NCBI GenBank assembly: GCA_029258825.1
Contig: JAPDKA010000001.1
Coordinates: forward strand, 35,548-99,547
Origin: an archaeon
Lineage (GTDB): Archaea; Nanobdellota; Nanobdellia; Pacearchaeales; JAPDKA01
Direction: 5' to 3'
DNA: 64,000 nucleotides
In this document: positions 39,896 through 49,026 of the stretch, piece by piece
Layout: the number at the start of each line of letters is the position of its first letter
Numbering within the stretch: the first letter of the stretch is position 1
Notes under the pieces: generated by a model
Databases searched by the model: none
Told to the model about the DNA's origin: nothing
Seen by the model: only the letters and a program-made list of their open reading frames with translations
Position numbers and translations under genes: made by a program

Positions 39896-41854
39896 ATGAG
39901 TTTTATTTGTTACTATATGATGGTAAAAATGATAAATCAGATTAAAAACAAAGCAGAAAAAGAAAAAAGAGAAGCAAAATTTGAAGGTAGCATCAGTATA
40001 GAAGAAAAAGAAGTAATTATAGATCCTTTAACTAGACTGCCTCAAAAAAATTCTTTTGCCGGTGTAATTGATCCAAAAACTAAGCAAATCAACATCCAAT
40101 ATAAAAAAGAGTATGCTGAAAAGAAACCAGAAAAAACAGAGAAGGTTGTTATAGATATCGAAAGACACGAAATTAACCATATAGGGGATGTAAGAACAAA
40201 AAAAGGATGTCCTGGAACTTTGGAAAAGCACCTTGAAATTTATGAAGCAGTGGCTGAAGTTTTAAAACCTATGGGATATAACCAATTCGATGTTCAATAT
40301 GTGGTTAATGCATTCGAAGATTTCATTGATAATATTAACCTCTCAAACAAATTTGATATAGAGGGATTAATAAGATTCTATGAAGATGTTGGAGAGAACT
40401 GTGAAAGTTTAGTAGAAAAATTTGAGAAGATGTTTAATGTCAAAGTAAAAGCAAAAAGAAAACCAAAATATACTCCATTCTATGAAGCATTTGTTAAGCT
40501 TCAAGCATTGTTCTGGAATCATCCGGAAAAAAGAATTCTTAACAAATACTACACACATAAGCCAGAAATAAAAGAGACTCTTGAAAATTTTCTTGAAAGG
40601 AGTGGTTTAAGAAATTTTAAAAGGAAAATTCATATTGGACGTAAGGTAATAGAAACAAATGAAAAAGATAGAGAAGCTATGCTTAATTATTTAAACGATG
40701 AAGAAAGATGGCCTAAGTTAGCTAAAATTTTTGCAGAAGAATTCAGTAAGTTAATACAGCCAGGTTATGCCTTGCCCATTCCTGGTTTGGGTGGTGCTGG
40801 AACAAGAGGAAGAGAAAACGAAGTTGAAGTAAGAATTAAAGTAAAGAAGAAAAAAAGTGGTGATGAAGATGAAGAAGAAAGTGAGGAAGAAGGAATTGAC
40901 TGGGACAATTTTGAAGAAGGCAACTACTTTGATAGAGAGATGAAGGATCCAGAAAAAAGAAAAGAGCAAGCTTGGAAAGATTTTAACAAAGGTAAAGGTC
41001 GACCAGACTGGCTCAATTATTATGAGGCTTTAGATGCAGTTTATGAAAGACTTGCAAGAAGGCTTAATATTAAAGCAGAGGTTTTTACAAGAACAACAAA
41101 GATGCCTCTTGCTTGGTATGGAAAACGCGACTTTGATCCTGAAAGAGACAAACCAAAGCATTTAACTTTTGGTTTTAATGAGAAAGGTAATGTTGTACGA
41201 AAAAAGAAAAGATGGCACTATGACATGAACCTTGAATACAGAGTTGCTGAAAAAGGTTTTCCGGAAGTTAGGTTTGTTATGGTTGATACCTCTAGTAGTA
41301 TGAAAAAAGACCCAGAAGGTGGAAATAACGTAGGAGACACAAGCTACATTCCTTGGGGAACAAACAGTAAGTATCACTATGCATTACTTGCATGGTATGG
41401 TTTTCTTGAGTATCTAAGGCAAAATCACTTGCTTAAGAAAACAACAATAAGCCTAGCGAATTTCTCTGATGTTACTGTCTTAGCTAAAGGCCTAGAACAA
41501 GCAAAAAAACTTGCTTTAAAACCACAATTTGGAAGCACATATGTAGATCTTGATAAAGTAAAAGAAATTTTAAGCGGGCACGGAAATCTAATATTCACAA
41601 TTTCAGATGGAGAAATATTTAACTGGGAGGACATCAAAGACGAGTTCATCAAGAATGCAAAGAATAATTACTATTTCCATATCCAAATAGGTTCTTCTAA
41701 TGAAGTAACGAATGATTTGGAAGCAGAAGGAATTCCTGTTTACTATGTTAAAGGCGAACTTGATTTGTGGCAGAAAGTAATAGAGATTACTGATAATCTT
41801 TATAGAAAAAAATCTAAAGGAAAACTTTCACTTGCGAAATATTATAAAAAATAG
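39896..41854 (+). CDS. HExxH-motif N-terminal domain + C-terminal von Willebrand factor A (MIDAS) domain protein
   Basis: IERHEINHIGD (HExxH) at ~residue 90; acidic linker DEDEEESEEEG; C-terminal VRFVMVDTSSSMKKD (MIDAS DxSxS), TISLANFSD (Thr) and LIFTISDGE (Asp); 652 aa; directly upstream of the MoxR ATPase. Confidence 0.55.
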   Translation: MSFICYYMMVKMINQIKNKAEKEKREAKFEGSISIEEKEVIIDPLTRLPQKNSFAGVIDPKTKQINIQYKKEYAEKKPEKTEKVVIDIERHEINHIGDVRTKKGCPGTLEKHLEIYEAVAEVLKPMGYNQFDVQYVVNAFEDFIDNINLSNKFDIEGLIRFYEDVGENCESLVEKFEKMFNVKVKAKRKPKYTPFYEAFVKLQALFWNHPEKRILNKYYTHKPEIKETLENFLERSGLRNFKRKIHIGRKVIETNEKDREAMLNYLNDEERWPKLAKIFAEEFSKLIQPGYALPIPGLGGAGTRGRENEVEVRIKVKKKKSGDEDEEESEEEGIDWDNFEEGNYFDREMKDPEKRKEQAWKDFNKGKGRPDWLNYYEALDAVYERLARRLNIKAEVFTRTTKMPLAWYGKRDFDPERDKPKHLTFGFNEKGNVVRKKKRWHYDMNLEYRVAEKGFPEVRFVMVDTSSSMKKDPEGGNNVGDTSYIPWGTNSKYHYALLAWYGFLEYLRQNHLLKKTTISLANFSDVTVLAKGLEQAKKLALKPQFGSTYVDLDKVKEILSGHGNLIFTISDGEIFNWEDIKDEFIKNAKNNYYFHIQIGSSNEVTNDLEAEGIPVYYVKGELDLWQKVIEITDNLYRKKSKGKLSLAKYYKK

Positions 41855-41947
41855 TATGTTACTACATACAAATAGTGAACACCGAAAAATTTATAAGCCC
41901 TGTTGGCTTTATATATTAACTTGATAGTAATAAAATATAAATAAAAA

Positions 41948-43396
41948 ATGAAAATGGAAAAACAAAATAAAAACCTGGAAGAATTAACGTATGAAGAATT
42001 AATGTTGCCTGATGTACAATATTCCACAATAGCAGCAAGAATAGGTGATGTAGAACTCACTGTTTTAGATGTTATAGCTGCGGCTGTACTATCTGGAAGA
42101 TCTCTATTAATAGTTGGACATTCTGAAAAAGGAAAGTCATACATAGCAAGAATGATAAGAGATTATTGGTTCGGGGGAAGAGGCCATCTTATCCAAGCTG
42201 CATCACTTGATGACACCTCTGATCTGTTTACCCAAGTATTCAAGGAGTTAAGTAAAGAACAAGCTTCCGAAATTGTATTAGAAGAAAAACTTGCATATCC
42301 ATTCATTTTTGTCGATGAAGTTGGAGCGGTGCCAAAAGCTCTTCAGTCTCAATTTTGGCCAATTGGAGATGGAAAAATACCACATAAAGGGAAAGAGTAT
42401 TATCTTGGAATCCCAATAGAAGAAAAACAAAATATAAAAAGAAGATATCTATCCTATATAGCCTGTACCAATACAATAAGAGAGAGTGAAGATGGAGAAT
42501 ACAGCAATTTTGGCATTACTAAAGCAACGGCATCAAGATTCCATCTTTTATTAGACACAAGAAGAAAACTTAGAAGAAAAGAGGAGGACATTATAGATAT
42601 TATTATGTCAGATAATGTTGATGTAAGACATACAGAAACAATAGAAAAAAAAGACATAACACACAAAATAATTAATGCTCATAAAAAAATAATCAAGTTA
42701 GCTGAGAATACATCAATAGAAGAACGCATTGTTCTTGCATATTTAGGAATCGGAACTGGAAAATGTAAAAAAGGAGAAAAATATGAAGATGGGTGGCAAT
42801 TAAAATGTATGGATTGTAAAGAACAAGAAGACTGTCCTAATGCATATTTGTTTAATTATGAAATGTTAAGACAAGTAAAAAATATTAAAATATTTGCTAA
42901 TGCTTTATATTATGTGGCTTCCTTAAAAAGTAAAGGGGTAAATGGCCAAGTGGACCCTTATGATGCTGTTTTTGAGGCTGCAAAATTTGTTATAGCAGGA
43001 AAGTACTCTACAATGAATGAACTCTTGATGAGAGAAAAACAGTTACCGGATTATGATTTTGTTGAAAATGCGATAGACAAACTAAAACAAGAATTCAACA
43101 AAGTAAGGCCATTCATAGAAGTAAGCATTGAGGTGGCCGAAAAATATGGTGAGGTTGTAACTCAGTTTTATGAAGATAATAATAGAGTATATCCAATAAG
43201 CGAAAGATTCTTTGAAGAAGTAGGTAAGGCCAGAGGATTGAAAGGAGAAAAACTTCAATCCTACGTTAAAGAAATCTACAATGAAATTCAAAAAAGCAAC
43301 ATAATAGAGCCATACAATGATAATGGCTATGTCTCCCTATCTTGGTTCCCAAAACTACTTGAAAGATATATAACAAAATTAAAGCAAGAAAAATAA
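41948..43396 (+). CDS. MoxR-like AAA+ ATPase with C-terminal Cys-cluster extension
   Basis: Walker A LLIVGHSEKGKSYIARMI, Walker B FIFVDEVGAVP, sensor region ACTNTIRESEDGEYSNFGITKATASRFHLLLD (MoxR AT-NP...L-RF-like); C-terminal CKKGEKYEDGWQLKCMDCKEQEDCPNAY. Confidence 0.65.
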   Translation: MKMEKQNKNLEELTYEELMLPDVQYSTIAARIGDVELTVLDVIAAAVLSGRSLLIVGHSEKGKSYIARMIRDYWFGGRGHLIQAASLDDTSDLFTQVFKELSKEQASEIVLEEKLAYPFIFVDEVGAVPKALQSQFWPIGDGKIPHKGKEYYLGIPIEEKQNIKRRYLSYIACTNTIRESEDGEYSNFGITKATASRFHLLLDTRRKLRRKEEDIIDIIMSDNVDVRHTETIEKKDITHKIINAHKKIIKLAENTSIEERIVLAYLGIGTGKCKKGEKYEDGWQLKCMDCKEQEDCPNAYLFNYEMLRQVKNIKIFANALYYVASLKSKGVNGQVDPYDAVFEAAKFVIAGKYSTMNELLMREKQLPDYDFVENAIDKLKQEFNKVRPFIEVSIEVAEKYGEVVTQFYEDNNRVYPISERFFEEVGKARGLKGEKLQSYVKEIYNEIQKSNIIEPYNDNGYVSLSWFPKLLERYITKLKQEK

Positions 43397-43407
43397 ACAA
43401 AGCTAAA

Positions 43408-44460
43408 ATGGAAAACAAAATTTTGATTATAGGAAACAGAAAAGGTGGAAGGTTGGAGGGTTTAGTTAGGGAAGCATTAGATAGTGGTTTATTTAGAAGA
43501 GTATATGAAAAGGTGATGGGGATAAGGAGAGAGAAGAAACGGGAAGAAATAAAAAGCAAGCCAATTTCAAAATTAGAATCTGGACTGTATATTGGTGGAG
43601 ATTTTACTAAAGTTGGTCGTTTGAAATTGGATGATAGAGGTATTGTAAAGTATGAGAATGGTAGAATAGAGAAGGTTGTGGATGGGTTTGATTGGATTGA
43701 GCATTTCATTGAGAAGGATGGTGTGTTGTATATTGGTGGAGGTTTCACTAAGGTTGGTGGTTTGAAATTGAATGATAGAGGTATTGTAAAGTATGAGAAT
43801 GGTAGAATAGAGAAGGTTGTGGATGGGTTTAATGGTCGGATTAAGCATTTCATTGAGAAAGATGGTGTGTTGTATATAGGTGGAGGTTTTACTAAGGTTG
43901 ATGGTTTGAAATTGGATGGTTGTGGTATTGTAAAGTATGAGAATGGTAGAATAGAGAAGGTTGTGGATGGGTTTAATGATCGGATTATGCATTTCATTGA
44001 GAAAGATGGTGTGTTGTATATTGGTGGAGGTTTCACTAAGGTTGGTGGTTTGAAATTGGATGGTTGTGGTATTGTAAAGTATGAGAATGGTAGAATAGAG
44101 AAGGTTGTGGATGGGTTTAATGATTGGATTATGCATTTCATTGAGAAGGATGGTGTGTTGTATATAGGTGGAGGTTTTACTAAGGTTGATGGTTTGAAAT
44201 TGGATGGCAGAGGTATTGTAAAGTATGAGAATGGTAGAATAGAGAGGGTTGTGGATGGGTTTGATGATCGGATTAAGCATTTCATTGAGAAGGATGGTGT
44301 GTTGTATATTGGTGGAGGTTTTACTAAGGTTGATGGTTTGAAATTGGATGGCAGAGGTATTGTAAAGTATGAGAATGGTAGAATAGAGAGGGTTGTGGAT
44401 GGGTTTGATGATTGGATTAGGCATTTCATGGAAATTAAAAATAAAACAAAATTAGAATGA
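43408..44460 (+). CDS. repeat protein: conserved N-terminal module + six 47-aa Kelch-like (beta-propeller blade) repeats
   Basis: N-terminus MENKILIIGNRKGGRLEGLVREALDSGLFRRVYEKVMGIR shared with ORF 36371-37288. Six repeats LYIGGGFTKVxGLKLDxxGIVKYENGRIEKVVDGFxxxIxHFIEKDGV with a GG doublet and conserved Y/W/G spacing reminiscent of Kelch blades. Confidence 0.6.
   Translation: MENKILIIGNRKGGRLEGLVREALDSGLFRRVYEKVMGIRREKKREEIKSKPISKLESGLYIGGDFTKVGRLKLDDRGIVKYENGRIEKVVDGFDWIEHFIEKDGVLYIGGGFTKVGGLKLNDRGIVKYENGRIEKVVDGFNGRIKHFIEKDGVLYIGGGFTKVDGLKLDGCGIVKYENGRIEKVVDGFNDRIMHFIEKDGVLYIGGGFTKVGGLKLDGCGIVKYENGRIEKVVDGFNDWIMHFIEKDGVLYIGGGFTKVDGLKLDGRGIVKYENGRIERVVDGFDDRIKHFIEKDGVLYIGGGFTKVDGLKLDGRGIVKYENGRIERVVDGFDDWIRHFMEIKNKTKLE
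43585..44430 (+). repeat. 6 x 141-bp near-identical tandem repeats (coding)
   Basis: Period-141 repetition seen directly, e.g. ttgtatattggtggaggtttcactaaggttggtggtttgaaattg...gagaatggtagaatagagaaggttgtggatgggttt recurring at 43729, 43870, 44011, 44152 and 44293 with few substitutions; this also generates long spurious ORFs on the minus strand. Confidence 0.8.
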
Positions 44461-44502
44461 AACACTAAATTTAAATCATAGGAAAAAACAGATTTTCTCC
44501 TT

Positions 44503-45126
44503 TTATTTCTTCTCCTCGTTACCTTCTTCCTTCTTTTCCTCGGCTGGCTTTTCAGCTGGCTTCACTTTTTTCTCGAGTTGTGCTTTGATTGTTTCTAGTT
44601 CTCGTTTTAGTTTAGCTTGCTTTTCTGGGCTAACTGTTAGCATTTCTTGTTCAGCTTTTGCTATAAGATCGTCATATTTACCTTCTTCAACCTCTTTAAT
44701 AACTTCCCTAGGATCTTTACTTTCGACTAATACACCCATACTAACACAACTACCAAGCACTGTTTTAAGAGCATTCTTCAAACTTAATGTCGGCAATGCT
44801 TCAAGCTTTGACTTAGCTATGTTTATTGCCTGTTCTATAGCAAGATTACCGACCTTAATTACATGCGGTTGTGATGATGCAGTCTCTATGCTGAGTTCCT
44901 TCTTAATTAATTCAGTCGCAGGCGGTGTTAAAACTTTAACATTAAAGTCTTTAGTTTTCGTATCTATGTCAAGCACAACAGGAACACGCATACCTTTAAA
45001 CTGTTGAGTAGCTTTGTTAACTTCACTAATTACCTTACCTAAATTAATACCTAAAGGCCCAAGCTTTTGGCTGATGTCTGGGCCTGGCTTCATGTTGCCG
45101 CCTTCAACAAGTATCTTGATTTCCAT
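44503..45126 (-). CDS. rpl11: ribosomal protein L11 (uL11) with K/E-rich C-terminal extension
   Basis: From internal Met: MEIKILVEGGNMKPGPDISQKLGPLGINLGKV...VLTPPATELIKK...GSCVSMGV matches uL11. The track ORF (to 45297) has a 57-aa non-conserved N-terminal over-extension. ~70-aa K/E-rich tail. Confidence 0.8.
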   Translation of the reverse strand: MEIKILVEGGNMKPGPDISQKLGPLGINLGKVISEVNKATQQFKGMRVPVVLDIDTKTKDFNVKVLTPPATELIKKELSIETASSQPHVIKVGNLAIEQAINIAKSKLEALPTLSLKNALKTVLGSCVSMGVLVESKDPREVIKEVEEGKYDDLIAKAEQEMLTVSPEKQAKLKRELETIKAQLEKKVKPAEKPAEEKKEEGNEEKK

Positions 45127-45375
45127 ATTTGAGTTAGCACCATAAACATTTTTAAATTTTTGCATTCTTAGATTTGTATCTGCAATGAAGACTGTATTGT
45201 GACAGGATGTACAATAGATTGTCAAAGCAGGTTTGAACAAGAAAGGATGAGCATATGCATACTGCCAGAATTGCCTATTCCAACGCAACGAATACAACTA
45301 GGCTATGAGTGTATATAGCTAATAAATGTTCATGGCAAAAACAAAATAAAAAATAAAAAATTAATAAAAATAAAC

Positions 45376-46146
45376 ATGAAAAGCAAAAAACCAAACAAGA
45401 TAGCTACAGGCAATGCAGCATTTACACAATGGCTTGATGGTGGTTATGAGCGTGACATAATCACAACCATATACGGACCGCCCGGCACAGGCAAAACAAA
45501 TTTTTGTTTAATGGCAAGTGCAATCCAAGCAGAACTTAACAACAAAGTGATTTACATAGACACAGAAGGTGGCTTCTCTGTTGAAAGACTAAAGCAAATT
45601 ATAACTGCAGATAAATGGTTCAAGAAAAGTCCAACACAATTAATGCAAAATATATTGCTGTTAAAGCCAACAAGTTTCGCTGAACAAAAACAAGCATTCA
45701 ACAGGCTTAACCAAGAAATCAAAAAAGCAAAGAAGGTATCGTTGATTATTGTTGATAGCATTGCTATGCTTTATAGACTTGAACTAGGCATAGTAAGACA
45801 AGATTTAAAACAACAAGCGGAAGAAGAAATAATAAAACAAAAAGAAAAAGAAAAAATCCGCGACATCAATTTAGCGTTAGCGAGACAATTAAAGCAACTC
45901 AATGAAATAGCTAGAAAACACAACATAGCTGTGCTTGTAACTAATCAAGTGTATTCGCAAGCAGATGAAATACATATGGTCGGTGGAGACATATTGAAAT
46001 ATTGGAGTAAATGTTTGATAGAGCTAAAAAAAGAGGATAACATTTACATTGCAATACTACAAAAGCATAGGTATTTACCTCAACGCGAGTTCGCTTATAA
46101 AATATGCAATGCTGGAATAGCAAAAGTACGCTTTAGGTTGTTTTAA
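45376..46146 (+). CDS. radB: RadB-like RecA-family ATPase (short Rad51/RadA paralog)
   Basis: Walker A GPPGTGKT, Walker B LIIVDSIA; no N-terminal HhH domain; 256 aa. Confidence 0.65.
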   Translation: MKSKKPNKIATGNAAFTQWLDGGYERDIITTIYGPPGTGKTNFCLMASAIQAELNNKVIYIDTEGGFSVERLKQIITADKWFKKSPTQLMQNILLLKPTSFAEQKQAFNRLNQEIKKAKKVSLIIVDSIAMLYRLELGIVRQDLKQQAEEEIIKQKEKEKIRDINLALARQLKQLNEIARKHNIAVLVTNQVYSQADEIHMVGGDILKYWSKCLIELKKEDNIYIAILQKHRYLPQREFAYKICNAGIAKVRFRLF

Positions 46147-46147
46147 A

Positions 46148-46546
46148 ATGAAAAACATCGTAGGATGTTTTGTTGAATATAATGGCAAGTTCATTATTCT
46201 ACTTAGAGCGAACAATAAACCGCAAGGATATACATGGGCATTGCCAGGAGGAAAAATTGAAGCAAATGAAACTTGTTTAGATGCCATAATTAGAGAAGTT
46301 GAAGAAGAAATAGGATACAAAGCTAAAAAAAGCGAGATCGAATTTATAGGAGCGTGGCCTTTCGGCAATATAATGTATCATACATTTAGAATACAACTTA
46401 AACAACCAATCGATGTTAAACTTAACCAAGAAGAACATACAGCATTCAGATGGGTAACACCTGAAGAATGCTACAACATACATAACCTAATTCCTGGGTT
46501 TCATAGATTGCTCGAACTTGTTGGTTATATAAAACCACAACAATAA
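46148..46546 (+). CDS. NUDIX hydrolase
   Basis: Nudix box GGKIEANETCLDAIIREVEEEIGY; start overlaps the radB stop. Confidence 0.7.
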   Translation: MKNIVGCFVEYNGKFIILLRANNKPQGYTWALPGGKIEANETCLDAIIREVEEEIGYKAKKSEIEFIGAWPFGNIMYHTFRIQLKQPIDVKLNQEEHTAFRWVTPEECYNIHNLIPGFHRLLELVGYIKPQQ

Positions 46547-46568
46547 AACAATTAGAAAAATTTTAATC

Positions 46569-47255
46569 TTACTTCCTTGCTTTTTTTCTTTGTTTTACTT
46601 TTTTTATTTTTTCTTTTGTTTTCTTTTTGAGTTCTTCAAGCAGTTTAAGCTGTTCTGGCTTAATAAAGTCTTCTAATTTGAAATTAACAGGTTTAGCACG
46701 GGCTTCATTGTAACCTTTAGCGAGCAAGTAGAACACTAAAGCAAGACTTAGTTCGTTTCTATTGTTGGCAGGCAAAACAAAATCGATATAAGCAGTTCTA
46801 CTGCTTGATGTGCATACAGCCATCACAGGTATATTAACTTGTTTTGCGTCTTTTACAGCATTTCTATCTTGCCAAGGATCAACAACAAACACAAGTTTCG
46901 GCTGAATAAAGTTGTCAAGCTTAGGATTAGTTAATATGCCAGCCGGATATTTACGAATAAACGCTTTGATGCCTGTTACTTCACTAAACTTTTTGACAGC
47001 ATACCAACCTTCTTCACGCTTACATACAACAATTACATCTTCAGGATTATAGTTAGATAAAAATTTTATCGCAAGTTTCATGCGCTCGTTAACGAGCAAT
47101 GTATTAAATACAGCAACACCATCAGCTTTACGTCTGTAAATGTAGTGTCTCATATCAGGGCTGATAACTTTAGTGCCTAAATGCACCTGATGGGCTAAGT
47201 AGGTTTCTAAACTAACAAGAAAATCATCCTGCTGCTTTTGTTTTTTTTCTGCCAT
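46569..47255 (-). CDS. rps2: ribosomal protein S2 (uS2)
   Basis: LAHQVHLGTKVISPDMRHYIYRRKADGVAVFNTLLVNERMKLAIKF ... VFVVDPWQDRNAVKDAKQVNIPVMAVCTSSS typical of archaeal uS2; K-rich C-terminal tail. Confidence 0.8.
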   Translation of the reverse strand: MAEKKQKQQDDFLVSLETYLAHQVHLGTKVISPDMRHYIYRRKADGVAVFNTLLVNERMKLAIKFLSNYNPEDVIVVCKREEGWYAVKKFSEVTGIKAFIRKYPAGILTNPKLDNFIQPKLVFVVDPWQDRNAVKDAKQVNIPVMAVCTSSSRTAYIDFVLPANNRNELSLALVFYLLAKGYNEARAKPVNFKLEDFIKPEQLKLLEELKKKTKEKIKKVKQRKKARK

Positions 47256-47380
47256 GTTTAATCTGACTGCACGGGCTTTTTAAAGTTTTTTGTTAGCTTT
47301 GTTGGTTTAAAGAAAAACCTGACTAACAAAAACAAACTGCCTTACTTCTTATGGCTAGTATGCATTTTTGTTGTCCGATG

Positions 47381-47749
47381 TCACAGATGCTCTCGTTTTA
47401 GCATGAACACTTCAACGCTGCAATTAAGTTTGTGCTTAAAAAAGTCTATTACAGCTTGTTTCTTTTCACTAAGCCTGTATTGTTTGCTTCCGCTCACTGT
47501 AAAAAATATCTTGTTATGCTCTGGATAACTATGCACGTCAATACTGCTCAAACCAATTGTTAAATGTGCTGTTACACCTGCTGGAATATGCTCTGCTATC
47601 TTCGGAAATTCATGTACAATAACATCACCCATTTTTCTAGCATTGATTGCATCGGCCAAGCCCTCAGTTAACTCTGCTATAGTTGCTGGTAAAAATGCTT
47701 GTTTGTCTTCCGTCGTTACAACTATCTCCAAGTATTCGAGTTCAACCAT
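47381..47749 (-). CDS. speH: pyruvoyl-dependent S-adenosylmethionine decarboxylase-like proenzyme (SpeH/AdoMetDC class 1)
   Basis: TAHLTIGLSSIDVHSYPEHN resembles the AdoMetDC self-processing region (LSESHISIHTWPE); 122 aa is the typical size. Confidence 0.5.
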   Translation of the reverse strand: MVELEYLEIVVTTEDKQAFLPATIAELTEGLADAINARKMGDVIVHEFPKIAEHIPAGVTAHLTIGLSSIDVHSYPEHNKIFFTVSGSKQYRLSEKKQAVIDFFKHKLNCSVEVFMLKREHL

Positions 47750-47872
47750 TTTTACATAGAGTTTAATTTAAAATTTAACAACAAAAGACTGAACTAATAA
47801 AAACGATTTATTTAAAAACATAACGTTTTATTTTTATAGAGATAACAAGAACATTAAACAAACACGCTAAAG

Positions 47873-48088
47873 ATGCTAATCAAAGTTAAAGTAAAACCCA
47901 ATGCAAAGCAAGATAAAATAGAAATAAGTAAGGATTGTATTATGGTTTATACAAAACAACCGGCAGAAAAAGGTAGAGCAAACGCTGCTGTAGTAAAATT
48001 AATTGCAAAACATTTTGGCGTTAGTACTTCATACGTGAAGATTGTCAAAGGAAAAACGTCAAGAGAAAAACTAGTAGAAGTAAAATGA
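47873..48088 (+). CDS. DUF167 (YggU-like) protein
   Basis: IKVKVKPNAKQDKIEI...AEKGRANAAVVKLIAKHFGVSTSYVKIVKGKTSREKLVEV follows the DUF167 pattern (v.P.ak...i......pp.dGkAN.al..fla..l.v....v.i..G.tsr.K.v.i). Confidence 0.6.
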   Translation: MLIKVKVKPNAKQDKIEISKDCIMVYTKQPAEKGRANAAVVKLIAKHFGVSTSYVKIVKGKTSREKLVEVK

Positions 48089-48540
48089 AAGTAAAAATAA
48101 AAAAACAAAATAGACAAAAACAAATAAAATATGAAATTGCTGACGATGTCAAACAACTTGTTCTAGACATTATTGAAGTCTTAAAGCTGAAACACATAGA
48201 TACTAACAGACTAGCATGCGTTAGAAGCAGAAACAGCAAAACAAAAAATACTATAGCAAGATGTCACGGTACTGCAAAAATACTGCAGATAGCATTCAAC
48301 ATAAAACCGCATTACGTTATTGAAGTGATCAGCGAAAAATTTGACAAGCTCGATAAGAGCGAAAAGATTAAAGTATTAATTCATGAACTAATGCACATTC
48401 CGAAAAATTTTGGAGGGGGCTTCAGGCATCATGACTTTGTGAATGATAATCTCGTCGAGAAATTGTACGCAAGATACGTTAACGCTAAATACATGAAGGA
48501 AAAATATGGTTTAGTCGTCGAAAAAACGAAAGATATTTAA
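48085..48540 (+). CDS. putative zinc metallopeptidase (HExxH; SprT/Wss1-like)
   Basis: IHELMHIPKNFGGGFRHHDF contains HELMH (HExxH) plus downstream His; N-terminal basic region; 151 aa; 4-bp overlap with DUF167. Confidence 0.4.
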   Translation: MKVKIKKQNRQKQIKYEIADDVKQLVLDIIEVLKLKHIDTNRLACVRSRNSKTKNTIARCHGTAKILQIAFNIKPHYVIEVISEKFDKLDKSEKIKVLIHELMHIPKNFGGGFRHHDFVNDNLVEKLYARYVNAKYMKEKYGLVVEKTKDI

Positions 48541-48588
48541 ACTTACGAGCATGTGTATTTTCAACTAAATCAAATAAAAGAGGTAAAA

Positions 48589-48894
48589 ATGGGAACTGTA
48601 ATTTTGAAGAAAGCTGTTAAAAGAGAAAAAGGTTACTTGTACTATGTTGATGCGAAGGGTAATGTTTGTATGGCACCGATGGCAAGAGGAAAAAAGAAAG
48701 CAAAGGGAAAAGCAAAGGTATTGGTGAAAAATGCAGTGAAAAGAAAACCAGGTTACTTGTACTATGTTGATGCGAAGGGTAATGTTTGTATGGCAAAAAT
48801 GGCTCGCGGTGGTAAGAAGAAAAAGAAAAAGGCAAAGAAAGCGAAAAAGACAAAAGCAAAGAAAGCAAAGGCAAAGAAAAAGAAAAGAAGATAA
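48589..48894 (+). CDS. small basic protein with internal 40-aa duplication and poly-Lys tail (putative nucleic-acid binding)
   Basis: KAVKREKGYLYYVDAKGNVCMAPMARG / NAVKRKPGYLYYVDAKGNVCMAKMARG repeat, then a KKKKKKAKKAKKTKAKKAKAKKKK tail; RBS aagagg 6 nt upstream of ATG 48589. Confidence 0.45.
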   Translation: MGTVILKKAVKREKGYLYYVDAKGNVCMAPMARGKKKAKGKAKVLVKNAVKRKPGYLYYVDAKGNVCMAKMARGGKKKKKKAKKAKKTKAKKAKAKKKKRR

Positions 48895-49026
48895 ACAAAT
48901 AACGCTAAAGGGAAGGGCTAACGTTTATTTTTTATTTTTATTTTTATTCTTTAATTGGATTAATTTTTTAACGATTATTGCATAAATTGTATAAAAGTTT
49001 AAAAATTATGCAGATGTTGCATTTAT

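Noticed and set aside
43266-44465. 399-aa and 283-aa minus-strand ORFs (43266-44465, 43573-44424) overlapping the 141-bp repeat array
   Set aside because: Any period-3-compatible tandem repeat stays open in several frames. The minus-strand products are low-complexity P/S/T/I strings with no start context. The plus-strand product has the conserved N-terminal module shared with 36371-37288 and Kelch-like spacing, so plus is the coding strand.
48764-48985. 73-aa K/R-rich ORF in an alternate frame over the poly-Lys tail of the small basic protein
   Set aside because: Alternate-frame reading of an AAG/AAA-rich stretch. Product is pure R/K/Q low complexity with no start context. The 48589-48894 frame has an RBS and a structured repeat.
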